64,000 nucleotides of DNA, from positions 16,489 to 80,488 of the IMG/VR virus record IMGVR_UViG_3300020576_001287. One strand, given 5' to 3'. Of the stretch, positions 1-9,891 are shown one piece after another (the stretch's first letter is position 1; each line of letters begins with the position of its first letter). The stretch is from a virus (taxonomy: Duplodnaviria; Caudoviricetes). The notes below the pieces were generated by a model. The model was not told the origin of the DNA and did no database searches. It saw only the letters and a list, made by a program, of their open reading frames with translations. The translations under genes and the position numbers were made by a program.

Positions 1-1
1 A

Positions 2-1144
2 CTATACCAACCTGTCTTGGGGTTCACACCGGAAAACGTGGCAAACAAGGCAACAAATATGAATGTCCTGAATAACTTACTATACCCGACAACAGCAGCC
101 GTTAATACATGGGGAAATGCTAACTACCAGCCAATAGGTATTTACATTAGGGCAATGGATACTGCAACAATGCTGGCTAACTATCTTTTAAAAGATCATG
201 CAGCAGCACTGTATAAAGGCAAAGGAGATAGTACAACAGCCGGTGGGTTCTACCCTTTATTTAGGGCTGATACTAGTAGATACAATATGTTAGCATATAT
301 TGCAACAAAGGGCAGCGGCACAGTAACTACAGTGACTGTAGTTACAGCCAATGGTATTTCAGGTACAGTAAGTAACGCTACAACCATACCGCAGATTTCG
401 TTATTTTTAAACACTATACAAGATGCTACAGGAATGGCAGGAAAGATAGTTGCCACAGCTATTGCTGACCCTGCAACACCAGCCCCAAACACCGGTTATT
501 TATACATGGATGCAACACATCATGTTTTTAATATAAAAAATGATGCTGGGGTAGTTAGCAATACGGCAATACCAAATGCTGGAACATCTGGGCAATTTTT
601 CAAGACATTTGGAGCAGATGGATTATTCACTTTGGGCACAGCCGTAACAAGCGTTACAGCCGGAACAGGGTTATCAGGTGGAACAATTACCGGAACAGGT
701 ACAATTTCAATGCCGAACACCGGAACAGCCGGAACGTATGGCAGCAGTACGCAGGTGGCAGTTATTACCACTGATGCACAGGGCCGCATTACATCAGTTA
801 CACCCACAACAATAACAGGCTTTCAGGTATCGGGTAATTACGTTACATTTTCAGATACAACCATTTCAGCAGCATACACACTAACATCAAGGGATTTGCA
901 CAGGCGTATACATTGCACCAATGGTAGCAACATAGCATTAACCATACCGTCAGGATTGGGGGCATCGTTTGGGTGTGAGGTTGTGCAAGAAGGGGCAGGA
1001 ACAGTTACACCATCAGGATCGGGAGCAACAATTCATTTTGCAACTTCAGGGGACACAAAAACAGGAGGGCAACACAGTGCAATAAGCATACAGGCAGAAG
1101 CGGCAACAGATCATATTTTTATACAGGGTAAAACACAGCCATGA
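2..1144 (+). CDS. Tail fibre / virion appendage protein (5' partial; frame is open to the window edge)
   Basis: T/G/A/S-rich; fibre-type segment VTSVTAGTGLSGGTITGTGTI...TTDAQGRITSV; lies upstream of the sheath gene. Confidence 0.6.
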   Translation, partial: LYQPVLGFTPENVANKATNMNVLNNLLYPTTAAVNTWGNANYQPIGIYIRAMDTATMLANYLLKDHAAALYKGKGDSTTAGGFYPLFRADTSRYNMLAYIATKGSGTVTTVTVVTANGISGTVSNATTIPQISLFLNTIQDATGMAGKIVATAIADPATPAPNTGYLYMDATHHVFNIKNDAGVVSNTAIPNAGTSGQFFKTFGADGLFTLGTAVTSVTAGTGLSGGTITGTGTISMPNTGTAGTYGSSTQVAVITTDAQGRITSVTPTTITGFQVSGNYVTFSDTTISAAYTLTSRDLHRRIHCTNGSNIALTIPSGLGASFGCEVVQEGAGTVTPSGSGATIHFATSGDTKTGGQHSAISIQAEAATDHIFIQGKTQP

Positions 1145-2106
1145 GAATATTATTGTTCATATTACTTTTTGCAACAACAGCACAGGCACAATATTCAGCA
1201 TCACCTGGGATACTTCATACAGGCGGTGGCTGCGTTTCCCCCTCAGCTATTGCGGGGGAATTGTTTATTTCTAAAGATGGTAACAGCCAGTTAAGTGATG
1301 CCACAGCAGGGGGAACATGGAGCAGCGGTAACACAGCTATTGCAACTGTAGGCAGTGCTGGCCTTGTATCAGGGATAGCCGCAGGCACAGCAGTAATTAC
1401 GTACAGTATGGGGGCACCATGTAACGCATATGCTACCGTAACAGTAGCGGCTTTAACCCTTGTAGGTACCCAAGCAGCGCAATGGGATTTTAGTATACAA
1501 CCATCTGTTACAGTGGTAACAGGCATATCTGCTATATCGGATCGCTCTGGTAATGGGCGTAGCTTATTACAACCTACTGTATCCTGCCAACCGGTGTGGG
1601 TAAATACAGGCGGTAAGTCCTATGCTATATTGGACGGGGTAACAACTTCAGCCGGAGACTTTATGCAGGCTACATTTCCTCTCGTGCAATCATACACAAT
1701 AATGAGGGTGCTTAAAATGCACTGGTTGGCAGGGCAAACTATTGATGGAGGTATTCCAGCTAACTCTGGGCAAACATGGATGAATAGTATACTAGGTTTC
1801 CCGTATATAGGTATGGTAGCCGCAGCAGCATTGCAACCAAACACAAACACATTCCCAGATAATACGTGGAGTGTACTGACAACAACATTTAACTCTAGCA
1901 GTAGCCAAATAATTGTTGATACTGGAACAGCAGTTACGGGTAATCCAGGAACAGCGGCACCAAACGGGTACACGCTAGGTAGAGATGGTAATGTAGCGGG
2001 TACTAACAGTAACATAGAAGTAAAAATAATAGTTATATTCACCGGAGTTCTAACGTCAGCACAACAGAAAGCAAACTACGTTGCTCTTATAAATTATAAG
2101 CCATGA
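1141..2106 (+). CDS. Signal-peptide protein with Ig-like (Big_2-type) domain and probable ConA/lectin-like C-terminal domain
   Basis: MRILLFILLFATTAQA|Q signal peptide; GGTWSSGNTAIATVGSAGLVSGIAAGTAVITY is a typical Ig-like motif; beta-rich C-terminus. Confidence 0.65.
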   Translation: MRILLFILLFATTAQAQYSASPGILHTGGGCVSPSAIAGELFISKDGNSQLSDATAGGTWSSGNTAIATVGSAGLVSGIAAGTAVITYSMGAPCNAYATVTVAALTLVGTQAAQWDFSIQPSVTVVTGISAISDRSGNGRSLLQPTVSCQPVWVNTGGKSYAILDGVTTSAGDFMQATFPLVQSYTIMRVLKMHWLAGQTIDGGIPANSGQTWMNSILGFPYIGMVAAAALQPNTNTFPDNTWSVLTTTFNSSSSQIIVDTGTAVTGNPGTAAPNGYTLGRDGNVAGTNSNIEVKIIVIFTGVLTSAQQKANYVALINYKP

Positions 2107-2444
2107 TAAGAATACTTTTAGTGCTACTACTGTGTGGTAGTATTTGTACAGCTCAGGTTACCAAATATGTAACCATTAAAGATACCGTACTGGTTAAAGG
2201 TATGCCACCTGTTAACCGGATATACATTGATAGCCTGCCAAGTACGTATGTGTACAAGTTTTGCCATTACGTAGAGGGTAAAGACCCTTTTTATCTATTG
2301 GTGGATACATTTGACCGGCCTGGTACACCTGCTTACTTGATAGATACTGAAGCATTGACAGGAAGCAACGCTTTAACGCATGACAACGAGTTTACCCGCA
2401 TAGCTAACCTTCTACATCTTACGATAACGCAGGTAGGTAAATAA
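2103..2444 (+). CDS. Hypothetical protein with signal peptide
   Basis: MIRILLVLLLCGSICTA|Q; ATGA overlap with the previous gene. Confidence 0.6.
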   Translation: MIRILLVLLLCGSICTAQVTKYVTIKDTVLVKGMPPVNRIYIDSLPSTYVYKFCHYVEGKDPFYLLVDTFDRPGTPAYLIDTEALTGSNALTHDNEFTRIANLLHLTITQVGK

Positions 2445-2447
2445 AAA

Positions 2448-2478
2448 GTTGCCAATTATATTAAAATGATTATTTTTG
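2448..2478 (+). promoter_or_regulatory. Bacteroidota sigma70-type promoter upstream of the sheath gene
   Basis: GTTG (2448-2451), 19-nt spacer, TATTTTTG (2471-2478). Confidence 0.6.
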
Positions 2479-2510
2479 TTCTTTGTAAAGTAACTTTAAA
2501 ATAGCGCAAC

Positions 2511-4412
2511 ATGCAACCAAACGGAGCAGCCAGAACCGAAATTAACATAGTTGATTACTCCCAGATAATAAATACATCGTTATCCGGTGTGACTAATATG
2601 CTTGGTCTTACTGAGAGGGGGTTAGTTAATACCCCTAAACTTGTGGGCACATGGGAGCAATTTCAACAGGATTTTGGGGGGCTTGTTAGTTACTCAGATT
2701 TTCCATTATATTGTAAAAGGGCTTTGGAACGTGGGGCGGCATTGATGGTATCAAGAGCAGCTAAGTTCTCTGACCTGACAGACCCTACAACCATAAGCGG
2801 GGTTAAAGCATACGTCACACAAACACAATCTACCGCTTCTGCGGCTGGGGCTACCACTACAGCTACAATGCTTACTGATGCTAATGGCACTGTAAGCGTT
2901 ATTGCAATAATACCAGGTGCTCCAAATGTAACACTGGCAGATGCAGTAGCAGTAACGGCTGCGGCAACACTGACGGATAACGTGGCTTTGATAGAAGCTG
3001 CCATAGATGCTGGAACTAGTACGCATGGTTTTTCTTCTACTGCCACTGTAGCAGCTTTGGCTATAACAGCTCCGGCCTCTTACGGGGCTTTCAGTAATCG
3101 TATAACTATACGCATAACGTCTACTACCGGCATAACATGGGATTCTTTCGTATACACTATGACAGGTGGGGTAGATGCTACTGTAAATACCGGTACTGTT
3201 ACGGTGACAGCGTTGGCTATTGGCACAGCGTACAACGGGGGCACTGTAACAGTTGGTTACCCTGCTTCTAATCGCCCACATTACTTTGACATAACTATAG
3301 CTTTGCCTGGTAGCGTATTGGCTACAGAAACATACTACGATATACCACAGGCAGGTAATACAGATGCTTTCGATACTGCTATACTAGCTATGGTACAGGC
3401 CAGCAGCATTATAAGTGCTTTTACAGCCAATGATAACTTTGTACTACAGCCACATGTTTATACTTTAGCCTCCGGTACAAATACCTCAGCACTAACCACA
3501 GCCGACTATATAGGGGATGCTACAGGGCTTACAAACCTACATTCTTTTGACAATGACGGTACGGCTACTAAGGTGGCTATACCAGACGTAGTTGATCCTG
3601 TGCTAGACATAGCATTAGTAGCCTGGGCAGATCAGCGTAAGGATTGCATGGCGATTATCCGCACTCCGGTAGGACTACAACCGTCAGTAAACATAGACTA
3701 CCGTAATGGTAGTGGAGTATATTCTCATACTCCTATAGATTCTTGGAGAGCTATCATGAGCACTGGCGGTTTGTTGGTACTTGACCCACGTACCAACACT
3801 AAAAGGAACATATCTGAAATTGGTGACCTGATAGGGGCAATAGCTTCTAAGGACAATTCTCAGGGGCAATGGTTCTCTTTTTCAGGTTCTAAGAGAGGTC
3901 TTGTAAGTAATGCTTATGGTGTCGTAATTAACGTAGGTACACCAGCACAGGTAGCTAATGCCAACCTATACGATACCAACGGTATAAACCCTGTTATACA
4001 GAACAGTGCAAAACAGATATTGTTTTGGGGTAACTCTACGTTGTGGCGCACCCGCACAAGTTTCTTAGCTAAGGCAGAGGTAGCTGAACTAATGGTGTTT
4101 TTGTACCGTTTCCTCAGTTCTGTTATCCCTAGTGAGACCTTTGAGCCTAATGATGTGGATACATGGAAAACCATTTACCGCAAGGTTAAAGCGGGTATGG
4201 ATGACCTACAGGGCCGCAGAGCTATATGGCGTTGGGATTACCAGGGGGATCAGGACATTGTAGATGTGTCACAGGCTGTTGTAAATAGCTCTGCTAACAT
4301 AGATGCCGGACAGTATAAGTTTAAGCTGTTTGTGTCTCCTAAAGTGGCTATGAAGTACATAGAGGTGACAGTGGCTGTAACAAATAGCGGTATAGACTTT
4401 ACAGAGCTATAG
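2511..4412 (+). CDS. Contractile tail sheath protein
   Basis: Sheath N-terminal motif (GLTERGLVNTPKLVGTWEQFQQDFGG) and C-terminal motifs (GINPV, FWGNSTL, FEPNDVDTW, KLFVSPKVAMKYIEV). Confidence 0.95.
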   Translation: MQPNGAARTEINIVDYSQIINTSLSGVTNMLGLTERGLVNTPKLVGTWEQFQQDFGGLVSYSDFPLYCKRALERGAALMVSRAAKFSDLTDPTTISGVKAYVTQTQSTASAAGATTTATMLTDANGTVSVIAIIPGAPNVTLADAVAVTAAATLTDNVALIEAAIDAGTSTHGFSSTATVAALAITAPASYGAFSNRITIRITSTTGITWDSFVYTMTGGVDATVNTGTVTVTALAIGTAYNGGTVTVGYPASNRPHYFDITIALPGSVLATETYYDIPQAGNTDAFDTAILAMVQASSIISAFTANDNFVLQPHVYTLASGTNTSALTTADYIGDATGLTNLHSFDNDGTATKVAIPDVVDPVLDIALVAWADQRKDCMAIIRTPVGLQPSVNIDYRNGSGVYSHTPIDSWRAIMSTGGLLVLDPRTNTKRNISEIGDLIGAIASKDNSQGQWFSFSGSKRGLVSNAYGVVINVGTPAQVANANLYDTNGINPVIQNSAKQILFWGNSTLWRTRTSFLAKAEVAELMVFLYRFLSSVIPSETFEPNDVDTWKTIYRKVKAGMDDLQGRRAIWRWDYQGDQDIVDVSQAVVNSSANIDAGQYKFKLFVSPKVAMKYIEVTVAVTNSGIDFTEL

Positions 4413-4465
4413 TATAATCTGAGGGTGAAAAAAAAAATAAAGTAACTTTAAAAATATAAAAAGTC

Positions 4466-4921
4466 ATGGCTAACGTAGCTAATACCAAGAAAGTGTTTAT
4501 GTTCCAAGTGGAAATTAACGGCCTCAACCAGTTTGAGTGTCAGAAATTTAAACCACCTGGGGTAGCTATAGACAAGGTGGAGCATGGAGATACTAACTAT
4601 AGTGTTAAAACAGCCGGACGTTACAATATTGATGACATTGTAATAGAGAAAATACGCCCGTTACCTGGCTCAGACACTTGGGCTTGGGCTTGGCTTATGT
4701 CAGCACAAGACCCTATAGCAGGAGGTGGGCAACTATCATCTAACATAAAGCAGACAATAGTAGTCCGCGAGTTGGATGCTACCGGCACCACAGTTATAAA
4801 CACATGGCAATATGATGGGTGCTGGGTATGTGGCATAGAGCAGAGCGAATTTGATCGTATGTCCAGCGACAACATCATAGAAACCGTAACCATATCTACG
4901 GACGTAGGTACAAGGTTCTAA
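4466..4921 (+). CDS. Tail tube protein (T4 gp19-like)
   Basis: 151 aa directly after the sheath; KTAGRYNIDDIVIEK, WQYDGCW, IIETVTIS motifs. Confidence 0.9.
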   Translation: MANVANTKKVFMFQVEINGLNQFECQKFKPPGVAIDKVEHGDTNYSVKTAGRYNIDDIVIEKIRPLPGSDTWAWAWLMSAQDPIAGGGQLSSNIKQTIVVRELDATGTTVINTWQYDGCWVCGIEQSEFDRMSSDNIIETVTISTDVGTRF

Positions 4922-4938
4922 ACCAATACAAATAGTTT

Positions 4939-4972
4939 TTAAAGTAGCCTCCACCATCGGAGGCTACTTTAA
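4939..4972. terminator. Perfect 14-bp stem hairpin after the tube gene
   Basis: TTAAAGTAGCCTCC-ACCATC-GGAGGCTACTTTAA. Confidence 0.75.
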
Positions 4973-5022
4973 TTTATACTAACAGTAAAATTTTGTACTT
5001 TTACATTTAAACATACAGATTT

Positions 5023-5916
5023 ATGATACCGAAGAACAAACACACATTTAATCTGGTTACAGGCATACCAGCCCAAGTGACAGAACTTACAGGGTTAGAG
5101 CAGAAGCTACTGACCGAAAATAAGAACCACACGCCAGAGGAGCGTAATATACTATTGCTTGGTAGCATACTACATAGCGTAGGGGAATTTGACCTATCTA
5201 CCATGTCTGCTAAGGATCGTGAGGACTTCATTAGAAAGATGCCGTCTGCTGACCGTAAGAAAGCATTATGCGAGGCTAGACAATTCAGTAATGACTTTGA
5301 TCCAATATTTGACTTTTTATTTGAGTATACAAGCTGCGACCCTACAAAGGGTAAACAGAGTCAGTTGATGGAGATAAACCTAGGCTCCGGCTCTTTCCCA
5401 TGCAAGCCTGTTGGGGACTTCAATGAGAAGATGCTACAGGATAAGGAGGGTAACCCGTTAACAAAGATGCGGGATATAATGGCTTCTTTGGATACTATGG
5501 TACCAAAAGTATTTAGCAATTACCAGGAGGTGCTGGATAATATGTACGTGTTCTTTTCAGTCCCTAAATCAAAGCTTCGTATACGTATGCGTATGTTGGA
5601 TGCCGCAGGGGAGGCTAGAGCTAGTGCGACTAAGGAAGACCAAAGAAGCTCACACACAACACTTATAATGCGTAACGTGTGTTACCAAACGGATAATAGC
5701 ACAAACTGGATAAGCTTTACAGCCCAAGACCTGGATAAGCTACCCGCATTTGATTTGGAGGTTATGCGTATTGTTCGCAAGTATGTGGAGGGTAACGTAG
5801 ATTCTGAAATTCAGTTTGAACACCCAGAGGCAAACAGACTACCGGCAGACAAGAAGACAGTAACTGTAGACCTGTTAAGCCAATTAAGTTTTTTCTTCCA
5901 ATCGGGGATAATTTAG
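5023..5916 (+). CDS. Tail assembly chaperone / baseplate hub assembly protein
   Basis: Sits between tube and tape measure genes; ends in ...LSFFF with a slippery site. Confidence 0.7.
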   Translation: MIPKNKHTFNLVTGIPAQVTELTGLEQKLLTENKNHTPEERNILLLGSILHSVGEFDLSTMSAKDREDFIRKMPSADRKKALCEARQFSNDFDPIFDFLFEYTSCDPTKGKQSQLMEINLGSGSFPCKPVGDFNEKMLQDKEGNPLTKMRDIMASLDTMVPKVFSNYQEVLDNMYVFFSVPKSKLRIRMRMLDAAGEARASATKEDQRSSHTTLIMRNVCYQTDNSTNWISFTAQDLDKLPAFDLEVMRIVRKYVEGNVDSEIQFEHPEANRLPADKKTVTVDLLSQLSFFFQSGII

Positions 5917-6098
5917 ATTCTATCTATTTTTACCTCGGCTACTGTGGGCTAAAAGGATTAGGTTTAGAGGAGTTTTACAGAATGTCACTGAACCGTATAA
6001 AGGGGTTTAAGCGAATGATGGATACGCAGAAAGAGTTTGAGAAGCAGGCCGCTAAACCGAAAGCAGGTAAGCGACCAAGTTTTACAGGCAGAAGATAA
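5889..6098 (+). CDS. -1 frameshift extension of the tail assembly chaperone (lambda G-T type)
   Basis: T_TTT_TTC at 5889-5895 is in frame; the -1 frame (FLPIGDNLDSIYFYLGYCG...FTGRR) is open to TAA at 6096-6098. Confidence 0.75.
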   Translation, partial: FFLPIGDNLDSIYFYLGYCGLKGLGLEEFYRMSLNRIKGFKRMMDTQKEFEKQAAKPKAGKRPSFTGRR

Positions 6099-6111
6099 AG
6101 TAACTTTAGTC

Positions 6112-8724
6112 ATGGGATTAGGAGTAGGTACATATAGTGATGGGTTTGGGGTAGCTTTCACGCTGCTGGATCAGTTTTCAGCAGTTGCTAGAAAGATAGA
6201 ATCCTCTATGTCCTCACTTACAGCTAAATCCACCGCATTTGCAGGGGCCATGAATAAAGGGTTGGGTTATGGGTATGCTCCGGCAAGGGAGGCAAGGGTA
6301 GTGGCTAATGAAACCATTGCTCTTGCTTCTCTTGCTGAGGAGGCGGCTATAGATAAGCTGGTTATGGATCATAGGTTAGCAGCATCTACCATAAAACTAG
6401 CAGAAGCTAACGAAACCGCAGCCATAGAAGAAGCGGTTAGAAAAGCAGAATTGGATGAAGTAGCAAAGGCGGCAGCAGCTAGACAAATTGCTATTGACGA
6501 GGCTATGAATCGTTCTAACCAGCGTAGGGCTATGGAGGCTATAGAAGCTCGTAGATTGGAAATGCTGGCAGAGATAGAGGCGGCTAATGCCGCAGCAGCA
6601 TCTGCTGCCATAGCGGAGGCTGCTAACGCTAGAGTACAAGCCAGCTTGGTTGGGCTAGGTGCTGCGGTTATAGGGTTAGCCCTGGTAATAAAGGGGGCTA
6701 AAGTAGATGAGCTATTTCAAAAAGAAGAGTTAGCTATACAGGGTTTTGTAGGTTCTGCCGACAAAGCCCATGCTGCTTTTATGGAGTTGCAAGCAGATGC
6801 CAACTTTAACCCTATGATGGGCCTAGAGAATATGCTAAAAACACACTCGCTATTACTTTCTCAGAATACCCCTATAGAGCAGTCACTACGCCTTACCCGA
6901 AACCTGAGTAACATGCTTACGGCTGTGGGTAGAGGAGCACCGGAGTTATCAAGAGTTGGTAGGGAGTTGGAGAAGATAGCAGCTATGGGCCACCTAACAG
7001 GCAGGGAGCTTAACCAGGCAGCAGCAGCCGGTATACCCTTACGCCAGCTATTGGAGGATTATTTCGGACACGCTTTGCCCAATACTTTAAAAGACTTTCC
7101 TATAACTATTGATGATCTTGATAAGGCGTTAGAATTGGCGATGCGTACAGGGGGCAGATTCTCTAAAGCGTTTGAAAAAATGTCCGAGAGTATCATGTTT
7201 CAGTTTGCAAGACTAAAGAATGAGATAACGTATACTTTCCTTGCTATAGGTAAAGCAGTGGAGCCTATTACAGTAACTGTGGGGGCTGCTTTGACAGGGT
7301 TGTTCACTACACTAAAGCTGTTTTCACAGAGTTGGGTAGGACATGCGTTTTGGATTGTAACAACCAGTTTACTTGCTTTTACTGCCGCTGTGTCCCTTGC
7401 TACTTTAGGTGGTAAGGGTTTGTCGTTGGTGCTAGGTAAAATGGCACATGGTTTGGGGTATGCCACTCTTAAAGCTACTTTAGCCACTGAGGGATTTGCA
7501 GCAACATTAGCTACTATAGGTAAAACCATAGGTAAAACCATAGTATCCAATCCAATGTTTAAATGGTTCGCAGTTTTTGCAGCCGGTACCGCACTTGTCA
7601 CAAATGCCACCAGCCATTTTAAAAGGGTTATGGAAGACCAAGAGGCTGTTACTGGGGGTATGACAGGTAGGCTACAGCGGTTAGGTGGTGTGCTGTCATT
7701 TATAACTGAGGCATTTGCCAACTACAATGAGCAAACCAAACGTTCTGATATGAGTCAGAGCATGGTAACTGCTTTGGATAAGCTGGGGTTACACAACTAT
7801 ACTGCCACCTTATTTAAACTAGTTGCTGGTACTATGGAGTTGGTATATGGTATGGGGGATGCTTTTGCACAGTTGGCGCATATAGGCATGGCAGCTTTAG
7901 AGGCTATAAGCAGCATACTATCCGGCATAAATAAAGCCCTGAAGTTTATAATACCTGGGTTTGCCAACTTAACCCAAGACCTTGATGCTATGAGGGCTAT
8001 AGGTTGGGTATTAGGTACCATAATCATAGGGGTAACTACCAACATGTTTAGGCTTGGGTTGGTATCTTCTTGGGCTTTTATACAGGTTATAGCAAAAGGA
8101 TTATGGGCAGCTATAGAAGGGTTTGGCCTATGGGCTATAGAGATACTAGCAGTTACCTACGTTACTTATGGTTTAGCAGCAGCTGTAGCCTTGGCAACAG
8201 GTGGGGTGTTACTTATAGCAGGAGTATTGGGGTACTTTGTCAGTCAGACAAATAATAGCAGTCTTGCTATGGATGATCTTGGTAGTAGTTTCAGTAATGT
8301 TGTAAAACCAATAGACGAGGCTACAGCAGCTATGAATAAATTTAAGGATGCTGAGAGCAGGCGTAATGCTTTGATGAATACCAATAAAGAGATAATGCAG
8401 GATTGGCAGAATGGTAACTATCTTAAAGCATTTATAGGCACATTAAAGCAGCCTTTTCAAATGGCTGCTATGGATTATAATGGGGATGCTCAAACACTGG
8501 CTTCACCGGAAGCTATAAACATGCCACAGGTACAACAGCAGCAGGCTATACTGAATACAACCACTCGTACAAGCGATGGTACGTATCCTGATATGAGTTA
8601 TGCACCGGCCCCAGGCAGGGATATAGTAATACCGGTGAACATAGATGGTAGAGAGGTAGCTAAAGTAACTTACCCACTACTGAAACAAATGGAGTATAAA
8701 GAAGTAGCAACAAGAAATGCTTAA
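6112..8724 (+). CDS. Tape measure protein
   Basis: Ala-rich helical protein with tape-measure motif (ELSRVGRELEKIAAMGHLTGRELNQAAAAGIPLRQLL) and hydrophobic segments; ATG 6112 preferred over 6037, which overlaps the frameshift ORF. Confidence 0.9.
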   Translation: MGLGVGTYSDGFGVAFTLLDQFSAVARKIESSMSSLTAKSTAFAGAMNKGLGYGYAPAREARVVANETIALASLAEEAAIDKLVMDHRLAASTIKLAEANETAAIEEAVRKAELDEVAKAAAARQIAIDEAMNRSNQRRAMEAIEARRLEMLAEIEAANAAAASAAIAEAANARVQASLVGLGAAVIGLALVIKGAKVDELFQKEELAIQGFVGSADKAHAAFMELQADANFNPMMGLENMLKTHSLLLSQNTPIEQSLRLTRNLSNMLTAVGRGAPELSRVGRELEKIAAMGHLTGRELNQAAAAGIPLRQLLEDYFGHALPNTLKDFPITIDDLDKALELAMRTGGRFSKAFEKMSESIMFQFARLKNEITYTFLAIGKAVEPITVTVGAALTGLFTTLKLFSQSWVGHAFWIVTTSLLAFTAAVSLATLGGKGLSLVLGKMAHGLGYATLKATLATEGFAATLATIGKTIGKTIVSNPMFKWFAVFAAGTALVTNATSHFKRVMEDQEAVTGGMTGRLQRLGGVLSFITEAFANYNEQTKRSDMSQSMVTALDKLGLHNYTATLFKLVAGTMELVYGMGDAFAQLAHIGMAALEAISSILSGINKALKFIIPGFANLTQDLDAMRAIGWVLGTIIIGVTTNMFRLGLVSSWAFIQVIAKGLWAAIEGFGLWAIEILAVTYVTYGLAAAVALATGGVLLIAGVLGYFVSQTNNSSLAMDDLGSSFSNVVKPIDEATAAMNKFKDAESRRNALMNTNKEIMQDWQNGNYLKAFIGTLKQPFQMAAMDYNGDAQTLASPEAINMPQVQQQQAILNTTTRTSDGTYPDMSYAPAPGRDIVIPVNIDGREVAKVTYPLLKQMEYKEVATRNA

Positions 8725-8726
8725 TT

Positions 8727-9551
8727 ATGGCTAACCCATTAGATGCACAGCTAAAGAAGAATTATACTGAGGGTAACCATGACAGTATATTAAACCGAGG
8801 GTTAAATACCACTGGGGGTAAGATGTATTTTGTCAACTTGGGTACAGGAAACAGAGAGAGTGGTAATAGGCTGGAAATACAATTTATACCATCTGACATT
8901 AACCTATCTCGTAAGGGCACTTGGGCAGAATCTAATGTGATCGGAAGAAACGACCCAAGGTACCAGTACGTAGGTGGGCAGACTACACTTAATTTTAGCT
9001 TGGACTTTTATGCTGATGAGGAGAGCCGGACTTCAGTAGTGCGTAAAGTACAATGGTTGCAGTCTCTTATAGCCAACGACAGAAGCAGGCGTAAAGCTCC
9101 TAGGGTGTTACTAGTGATGGGGTCTTTATTCACAAGTGAAATATGGATAGTGAGCAGTGTGGACGTAAAGTACGATAACCTACACAGACAATTCGGGTTC
9201 ATGCCTCAGCAGGCTATAGTAGACATAGAATTAAAGTTAGACCCATCGTTTAATACCGGATGGGATGACATTCGTAGTCAGAAGTGGGTAGCAGCTCAGG
9301 CAGACGGTATGAGGCCAATAGTGTTGGATAAAAGTGCAGACCCCACAGCGGCTAAGAAAAGTAACTTTAAACCACCATCTACCCGCCCTTATTTAGGAGT
9401 CAGAGAGGCAGATGACATTGATGTAGGTAACGGTAATGACTGGCAGGCTATTATAAAGAGAGTATCACAGCGGTATAGGTTACCATTTGGGGCAGACATT
9501 ATAAAAGACCCTGGATTTAACCCAGGCAGAATAGGTAGTATAGGAGGCTAA
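8727..9551 (+). CDS. Tail tube initiator / CIS-tube-like protein
   Basis: LEIQFIPSDINLSRKGTW...GRNDPRYQYVGG..TLNFSLDF; follows the tape measure gene. Confidence 0.75.
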   Translation: MANPLDAQLKKNYTEGNHDSILNRGLNTTGGKMYFVNLGTGNRESGNRLEIQFIPSDINLSRKGTWAESNVIGRNDPRYQYVGGQTTLNFSLDFYADEESRTSVVRKVQWLQSLIANDRSRRKAPRVLLVMGSLFTSEIWIVSSVDVKYDNLHRQFGFMPQQAIVDIELKLDPSFNTGWDDIRSQKWVAAQADGMRPIVLDKSADPTAAKKSNFKPPSTRPYLGVREADDIDVGNGNDWQAIIKRVSQRYRLPFGADIIKDPGFNPGRIGSIGG

Positions 9552-9555
9552 TATT

Positions 9556-9891
9556 ATGGTTACAGCGCAACAGCGGTTAGTATTAAGACCGACAAATTTA
9601 TACGGCAACGCATTTATTGTAGACTTTCCCCTAGATGGTGAAAGTCTATTATTGCGTGATATAGTACCATTTACAGCAGATGTCGCTGATACGTGGTACC
9701 CTGTTATACAGAACGAGCGGCTAGAGCTAATAGCCTACAACAGCTACAAGGATTACACCGATAGGGCTTGTGAATTGTGGTGGGTAATAGCGGATGCAAA
9801 CAATATTTTTAACCCTTTTGATCTCAGTGATTACGTAGGTAGTAGCCTGCTTATACCAGACTTCAATACTAAAGTAGCTCCTTTAATGTAA
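9556..9891 (+). CDS. LysM / P2 gpX-like baseplate protein
   Basis: RLELIAYNSY...LWWVIADANNIFNPFDL...LLIP. Confidence 0.8.
   Translation: MVTAQQRLVLRPTNLYGNAFIVDFPLDGESLLLRDIVPFTADVADTWYPVIQNERLELIAYNSYKDYTDRACELWWVIADANNIFNPFDLSDYVGSSLLIPDFNTKVAPLM

Noticed and set aside
4428-4437. A10 homopolymer as a phase-variation tract
   Set aside because: Intergenic in an A-rich leader context; no evidence of length variation from one sequence.
6037-6111. Upstream start for the tape measure gene
   Set aside because: It overlaps the -1 frameshift ORF; ATG 6112 follows its stop and the palindrome.
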